Shown here: positions 59,149 to 64,000 of the stretch, in pieces | Layout of the letters: every line of letters starts with the position of its first letter | Position numbering within the stretch: position 1 is the stretch's first letter | Assembly: GCA_964441775.1 (NCBI GenBank) | Contig: CAYTVL010000002.1 | Coordinates: 169,520-233,519 of the forward strand | Direction: 5' to 3' | From: an uncultured Enterobacteriaceae bacterium | GTDB taxonomy: Bacteria > Desulfobacterota > Binatia > Bin18 | Length of the DNA: 64,000 bases | Made by a program: the position numbers and the translations under genes | The notes under the pieces: generated by a model | Seen by the model: the letters and a program-made list of their open reading frames with translations, nothing else | Told to the model about the DNA's origin: nothing | Databases searched by the model: none

Positions 59149-59709
59149 TCACGCACGCTCCAACCGCCAGCCTTCAATTTCGACCGCCACACTCCGTTGT
59201 AACAAGTCTACAGAGACGACCATTCGGCTCTTGCCTCGGTATTCTTGGATAACCCCCTCTACTCCAGAAAGAGGGCCGTCCTTGATTTGCACTCGTTCTC
59301 CAATATGCAAGTACGGGAGCGTTGCGAATGCCAGCCCGGAATCAAGCAGTTTCTGTATCGCTTCAACTTGTTTATCAGGAATCGGGGTAGAAACTAGAGG
59401 ATCTTCCCCTAAGATGGTCACCACCCCGGGGGTTTGTAGCACCAAGAGGCGCCTCTCGGGGATACTGGCGACACGAAGAAAAAGATATCCAGGAAAAAGT
59501 GGGCAATCAAGTATTTTTCTGCGGTCCGTTCTCCGACTCAGATGGGGCACGGTCGGTAGAAAGGTGCGCAACCCTTTCCTCTGCAAATTCTTCTCGACAG
59601 TGTATTCATGCCGACTTCGGGTCCAGACTGCGTACCAGGCCTCGCTCTCCACTTCCTCTTTTCCTTTTGACTTACCACCAAACACTGTATCCGCCGTCGT
59701 GTTTCGCAC
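59149..59709 (-). CDS. NusG-paralog transcription antiterminator (RfaH/UpxY-like, NGN plus KOW domains)
   Basis: NGN region (AWYAVWTRSRHEYTVEKNLQRKGLRTFLP...LFPGYLFLRV) and KOW (IGERVQIKDGPLSGVEGVI). ORF-track start is GTG at 59709; an internal GTG at about 59652 preceded by an AAAGG/GAGGAA purine tract would give a typical ~167-aa protein. Confidence 0.75.
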   Translation of the reverse strand: MRNTTADTVFGGKSKGKEEVESEAWYAVWTRSRHEYTVEKNLQRKGLRTFLPTVPHLSRRTDRRKILDCPLFPGYLFLRVASIPERRLLVLQTPGVVTILGEDPLVSTPIPDKQVEAIQKLLDSGLAFATLPYLHIGERVQIKDGPLSGVEGVIQEYRGKSRMVVSVDLLQRSVAVEIEGWRLERA

Positions 59710-59861
59710 GACAAAAACACGTGAAGGGACGCTGAGGAAAGCGGAGGCGAATATACCCCCTCAAGCTGTCTTTGTCAAATATAGTGAGAGGTGAAAAGGC
59801 TATCGACTTGCTGCTCCGTCTCATGCTAGGAAGTGACGCGAAGCAGTGTGGAGGTAAAGAT

Positions 59862-60818
59862 TTGCGCTATTTCTTGACGGGATGCGCTGGGTTTATCGGT
59901 AGTAATTTAGTAGATCGGCTTTTGTGTAATGGTCACGAAGTAGTCGGCTACGATAACCTCTCTACTGGCCAATCGGAATTCTTGATCGGAGCAAAAGACG
60001 CCACACGTTTCCGCTTCGTGCACGGCGACCTTCTCGATCTGACGTCTCTCACCCGGACAATGCAGGGAAGCGAATGCGTTTTTCATTTGGCGGCGAACGC
60101 GGATGTACGGTTCGGTACACAGCATCCCCGTAAAGATCTCGAACACAATACTATCGCCACCTCTAACGTTCTGGAGGCCATGCGCGCCAACGGGATCAAG
60201 CGTATCGCCTTTTCTTCAACGGGCTCAATCTACGGCGAGCCGGAAGTGTTTCCTACACCTGAGGACGCGCCCTTTCCGGTGCAAACCTCATTGTATGGAG
60301 CCTCGAAGCTTGCGGCTGAGGGCTTAATCGCCGCCTACTGTGAAGGGTTTGGCTTCCAAGGCTACATTTTTCGCTTCGTGTCGATCCTCGGTGAGCGGTA
60401 CACGCATGGGCATGTTTTTGACTTCTACAAACAATTGCGTGAGCATCCGGATCGGCTGCAAGTGTTGGGGAATGGCAAACAGCGTAAGTCCTATCTGTAT
60501 GTGCAAGATTGCCTCGACGCCATGCTGCTCGCTCTGGACAAAGCCCAGGAAAGGGTCAACATTCTCAATCTTGGGGTGGACGAGTACTGTGAAGTTAATG
60601 ACTCCATTGGGTGGATTTGTGAAACGTTAGGCGCGACGCCGCAGCGAACCTACACTGGCGGAGAGCGAGGCTGGATTGGGGACAGCCCGTTCATCTTTCT
60701 CGATTGCTCACGCATACGCGCCTTGGGCTGGCGGCCTCGGCTAAGTATTCGCGAGGGCGTGATTCGCACCGTTCAGTATCTACGCGAGAATCCTTGGGTC
60801 TTCGAGAGGCGCGCATGA
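59862..60818 (+). CDS. NAD-dependent epimerase/dehydratase-family protein
   Basis: A TTG at 59862 preceded by GGAGG with a 7-nt spacer yields the canonical MRYFLTGCAGFIGSNL N-terminus. Catalytic YGASK is present. The ORF-track start at 59772 (TTG) has no Shine-Dalgarno. Confidence 0.7.
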   Translation: MRYFLTGCAGFIGSNLVDRLLCNGHEVVGYDNLSTGQSEFLIGAKDATRFRFVHGDLLDLTSLTRTMQGSECVFHLAANADVRFGTQHPRKDLEHNTIATSNVLEAMRANGIKRIAFSSTGSIYGEPEVFPTPEDAPFPVQTSLYGASKLAAEGLIAAYCEGFGFQGYIFRFVSILGERYTHGHVFDFYKQLREHPDRLQVLGNGKQRKSYLYVQDCLDAMLLALDKAQERVNILNLGVDEYCEVNDSIGWICETLGATPQRTYTGGERGWIGDSPFIFLDCSRIRALGWRPRLSIREGVIRTVQYLRENPWVFERRA

Positions 60819-62107
60819 ACATCGCAGTTGTGGGGTTGTGGCACCTCGGCATGGTCACTGCCGCGTGCCTCGCCTCGGTTGGATATGAGGTAGTTGGAAT
60901 CGATGAGAATCCGGAAACGATTGCCGGCCTCCAAGTGGGACAGTTGCCCGTCTTCGAGCCAGGGGTGCAGGCATTAGTCCGTCAGGGAATGGAAAGCGGC
61001 CATCTTTCTTTTTCAACAGACCTCACTACCGTCTCACGTGCCGAGATTGTGTGGATCGCCTTCGATACGCCTGTGGATGAAGACGATCGGGCTGATGTTG
61101 CTTTTGTTGTCAAACGAATCTCGATGCTCTTTTCTCATCTGCGCGAGGATGCGCTGGTGCTCATTTCTTCGCAGCTTCCTGTGGGCACAACGCGCGAGTT
61201 AGAAGCAGCGTATCGCAGGTTGCGGCCTAACGGGACGACGACCTTTGCCTACTCTCCTGAAAATCTACGCTTAGGTAAGGCTATCGAGGTCTTTACGCGA
61301 CCGGACCGCGTGGTTGTCGGCATACGGAACGAAGCTGATAAACGGCGGATTGGAACTCTCTTCAAGCCATTCACGGAACGCATCGAGTGGATGTCGATCG
61401 AATCTGCGGAAATGACCAAACATGCGCTCAACGCGTTCTTAGCCACGTCAGTCGCCTTTGCGAATGAATTGGCGGAGATTTGTGAACGGGTTGGCGCTGA
61501 TGCCGGAGAAGTGGAACGAGGCTTAAAGACAGATAGTCGTATCGGGCCAAGGGCGTATCTCCGGCCAGGCAGCGCCTTTGCCGGTGGCACCCTTGGCCGC
61601 GACCTGTCGTTCCTTATCGAACGGGGACACCGAGAACAGCTTCCGGTGCACGTATTCAATGGGGTGCAGCACAGTAACGAGACGCATGCGCAGTGGCCAC
61701 GACGGCGACTGCTTGATCTCTTTGGCAGTGTGGCCCATAGAACCATCGCGGTGTTAGGCTTGACGTACAAGCCGGGAACCGACACGCTGCGACGCTCAAG
61801 CGCAGTGGAGACCTGCGCTTGGCTGGTTGAGCAGGGAGCCCGGGTGGCTGCGTTCGACCCCGCAGTAAAAGCGTTACCAGCTGAGTTGCGGGCGGTGATT
61901 GATTTGCGCGCTTCTCTGGAAGCGGCCGTCCGAGGAGCGCAGGCGTTGCTGGTCGCCACGGAATGGCCAGAGTTCTCGAAGTTAACCGCAGATGATATCG
62001 TGGCGTGGATGCAAACTCCTCTTGTGCTTGACCCAGGACGATTCTTAACAGCGCAGGTGGGAGCGGACCGGCGGATTCGCTATCTCACCGTGGGGAAACC
62101 TGCATGA
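60815..62107 (+). CDS. UDP-N-acetyl-D-hexosamine 6-dehydrogenase (UDP-glucose/GDP-mannose dehydrogenase family; WbpA/WecC-like)
   Basis: MNIAVVGLWHLGMVTAACLA Rossmann N-terminus; C-terminal UDP-binding domain. ATG at 60815 in ATGA overlap with the upstream epimerase stop. Confidence 0.85.
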   Translation: MNIAVVGLWHLGMVTAACLASVGYEVVGIDENPETIAGLQVGQLPVFEPGVQALVRQGMESGHLSFSTDLTTVSRAEIVWIAFDTPVDEDDRADVAFVVKRISMLFSHLREDALVLISSQLPVGTTRELEAAYRRLRPNGTTTFAYSPENLRLGKAIEVFTRPDRVVVGIRNEADKRRIGTLFKPFTERIEWMSIESAEMTKHALNAFLATSVAFANELAEICERVGADAGEVERGLKTDSRIGPRAYLRPGSAFAGGTLGRDLSFLIERGHREQLPVHVFNGVQHSNETHAQWPRRRLLDLFGSVAHRTIAVLGLTYKPGTDTLRRSSAVETCAWLVEQGARVAAFDPAVKALPAELRAVIDLRASLEAAVRGAQALLVATEWPEFSKLTADDIVAWMQTPLVLDPGRFLTAQVGADRRIRYLTVGKPA

Positions 62108-62967
62108 AGCTTGCTCAGCGGCGTGCATTGATCACCGGCGCGAGTCAAGGCTTTGGCTTCGCTGTCGCTCGTGCTTTCGTGCAAGAAGGCGCCGATGTGA
62201 TGCTTTGTGCACGCAATGCTGAACAGTTGCAGCGAGCCCAACAAGAACTGTTTCCTCTCGCCTGGGAAAAAAGCAAAATCCTTGCAGTCCCAGCGGACAT
62301 CTCGCAACCGGATGATGTCCAGGGTCTTATCCAGACGACACTGACTGAACTTGGCGGTGTAGAAATCCTGGTGTGTAACGCCGGCGTCTATGGGCCGAAG
62401 GGCGCGATCCAAGACGTCGATTGGAGTGAATGGTCGCAAGCGATCGCGATTAACTTGCTGGGAACTGTGCTGCCTTGTCGCGCCGTCTTGCCGCATTTTC
62501 AGCAACAACATTATGGCAAAATTGTGATCCTCTCAGGTGGCGGGGCAACCAAGCCGCTTCCCTATCTCAGTGCGTATGCCGCCTCGAAGGCTGCCGTAGT
62601 ACGGTTCGGAGAAACCCTAGCGGAAGAGGTGCGACATCTGGGCATTGATGTCAACGCCGTGGCCCCTGGGGCGCTCAATACGCGCTTGCTGGATGAGATC
62701 TTAGCAGCCGGACCGGAGAAAGTGGGCCCAGTCTTTTACGAGCAATCGCTGAAACAGAAAGAGCAGGGCGGTACGCCGTTGGAACGCGGCGCCGCTCTTT
62801 GCGTCTTTCTTGGTTCTACAGCCAGTGATGGGATCACTGGAAAACTCATCAGTGCGGTGTGGGATCCCTGGGAACAATTGCCGGAACATCTTAATGACTT
62901 ACAGGAGTCCGATATTTACACCCTCAGACGGATCGTGCCGCACGAACGTGGAAAAGAGTGGGGATGA
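62104..62967 (+). CDS. SDR-family oxidoreductase
   Basis: ALITGASQGFGFAVARAF, NAG, YAASKAAV. ATGA overlap with the preceding gene. Confidence 0.75.
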   Translation: MKLAQRRALITGASQGFGFAVARAFVQEGADVMLCARNAEQLQRAQQELFPLAWEKSKILAVPADISQPDDVQGLIQTTLTELGGVEILVCNAGVYGPKGAIQDVDWSEWSQAIAINLLGTVLPCRAVLPHFQQQHYGKIVILSGGGATKPLPYLSAYAASKAAVVRFGETLAEEVRHLGIDVNAVAPGALNTRLLDEILAAGPEKVGPVFYEQSLKQKEQGGTPLERGAALCVFLGSTASDGITGKLISAVWDPWEQLPEHLNDLQESDIYTLRRIVPHERGKEWG

Positions 62968-62970
62968 GCG

Positions 62971-63948
62971 ATGCGGGTTGCTATCATCGGCTGTGGTTTG
63001 ATCGGGCAGAAGCGCGCTCGCGCTCTTGCCGGCTGTCGCCTTGTCGCTTGCGCCGACGCTGTCCGCGAAAAAGCTGAAGCCTTGGCCGCGCTCTCTCCCG
63101 GGGTGCAGCCATTAAGCAGTTGGCAAGCGGTTGTCGAGCGGCCTGATGTTGACATTGTTGTCATCGCTGCTACCCATGATGTCTTAGCTGAGATTACCAG
63201 CGCGGCCATCGCCGAGGGGAAACACGTGCTCGTGGAGAAACCGGCGGCTCGCCGCGCTGCGGAACTGGATGCGCTGATCCAAGCCGCGCACCGACACAAT
63301 GTTCTCGTGCGCGTAGGATTTAATCATCGCTATCATCCTGCATTTCGCAAAGCATGGACTTTGTACAATGAAGGCGCCATTGACGACGTGCTCTACGTAC
63401 GTGGGCGCTATGGGCACGGCGGACGTCTTGGCTATGAAAAGGAGTGGCGCGCTCAGCCCGCACTTTCCGGCGGCGGTGAATTGATCGATCAAGGCGTCCA
63501 TCTTATTGATTTGGCGCGCTGGTTCCTAGGGGATTTCACCGAGGTCCAAGGATTCGCGCATACATATTATTGGAACATGCCGGTGGAGGATAACGGTTTC
63601 CTCTTGCTACGCACGGCGACGCAGCAAGCCGCGTTTCTCCACGCCAGTTGTACTGAGTGGAAAAACTTGTTTTCTTTTGAAATATTTGGACGGATGGGGA
63701 AATTAGAGATTGCTGGGTTAGGCGGCAGTTATGGAGTCGAGCGGTTAACGTATTATCGCATGCTTCCACAGATGGGCCCGCCGGAGACGACGAGCTGGGA
63801 ATATCCAATGGCGGATACCTCCTGGGAGGTGGAATTTGCGGAATTCGCGGAAGACATCCACTTACAACGCCACCCAGCCGTGGGATTACGTGACGCTCGC
63901 GCAGCGTTGCAGATTGTCGAGCGCATATACGAGGTGTCTACTTCATGA
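62971..63948 (+). CDS. Gfo/Idh/MocA-family oxidoreductase
   Basis: MRVAIIGCGLIGQKRA Rossmann N-terminus, EKPAA motif. Confidence 0.8.
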   Translation: MRVAIIGCGLIGQKRARALAGCRLVACADAVREKAEALAALSPGVQPLSSWQAVVERPDVDIVVIAATHDVLAEITSAAIAEGKHVLVEKPAARRAAELDALIQAAHRHNVLVRVGFNHRYHPAFRKAWTLYNEGAIDDVLYVRGRYGHGGRLGYEKEWRAQPALSGGGELIDQGVHLIDLARWFLGDFTEVQGFAHTYYWNMPVEDNGFLLLRTATQQAAFLHASCTEWKNLFSFEIFGRMGKLEIAGLGGSYGVERLTYYRMLPQMGPPETTSWEYPMADTSWEVEFAEFAEDIHLQRHPAVGLRDARAALQIVERIYEVSTS

Positions 63949-64000
63949 TTATTACTCGTAGTCCTCTTCGGATCTCTCTGGGTGGGGGCGGGACCGATCT
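63946..64000 (+). CDS. GHMP-kinase-like sugar kinase, N-terminal fragment (continues beyond the window; resembles D-glycero-D-manno-heptose 7-phosphate kinase N-termini)
   Basis: MIITRSPLRISLGGGGTD, the P-R-I-S-(F/L)-G-G-G-G-T-D N-terminus typical of HddA-type GHMP kinases. Only 18 codons are visible. Confidence 0.45.

Noticed and set aside
59772-59861. ORF-track N-terminal extension of the epimerase (start at 59772)
   Set aside because: It starts with TTG without a Shine-Dalgarno sequence and adds about 30 residues before the Rossmann GxxGxxG. The TTG at 59862 has a GGAGG Shine-Dalgarno and yields the canonical N-terminus.
1-64000. CRISPR arrays, rRNA or tRNA genes, integrase or transposase genes, and phage or defence islands
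   Set aside because: No regularly spaced direct repeats, no rRNA/tRNA signatures and no recombinase or transposase ORFs were seen. The only mobile-DNA signature is the non-autonomous MITE at 24865-25035.

Overview
GC-rich (~58-60%) bacterial chromosomal segment. The left half (1-29 kb) is mostly housekeeping: the dnaK 3' end and dnaJ, thiL, a LarB/PurE-like gene, an ABC1/UbiB-family kinase, a CopA-type P-type ATPase, a 1408-aa multidomain hybrid sensor kinase, ilvA, an APC permease, small enzymes (nitroreductase, SnoaL-like, cyclophilin, isochorismatase-like, cyclase-family, AKR, two SDRs, dienelactone hydrolase), an orphan DUF433 gene and an OafA-type acyltransferase. In this stretch a large adenylate-cyclase/AAA/TPR signalling gene is cleanly split by a ~171-bp palindromic MITE-like insertion flanked by a TAA target-site duplication. 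The right half (~29-64 kb) is a large cell-surface glycan biosynthesis island: rfbBAC on the plus strand, then a ~28-kb minus-strand run of about 22 tightly packed genes, many with ATGA/GTGA-type overlaps, that begins with a NusG-paralog (RfaH/UpxY-like) gene and a structured leader. This run contains Wzz, a complete UDP-2,3-diacetamido-2,3-dideoxy-mannuronic acid pathway (WbpA-like dehydrogenase on the opposite strand, WbpB-WbpD fusion, WbpE-like aminotransferase, WecB/WbpI-like 2-epimerase), Wzx, a Wzy/ligase-like membrane protein, three glycosyltransferase-type genes, a WbaP-like initiating phosphotransferase, and three paralogous glutamine-dependent AsnB-like amidotransferases each adjacent to a SAM methyltransferase. 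A divergent plus-strand set (epimerase, UDP-sugar dehydrogenase, SDR, Gfo/Idh/MocA, GHMP kinase) ends the window. No rRNA, tRNA or CRISPR array was recognised. Many ORF-track start positions are non-ATG codons translated as M; where an in-frame ATG or TTG with a Shine-Dalgarno match was visible I moved the start and say so.
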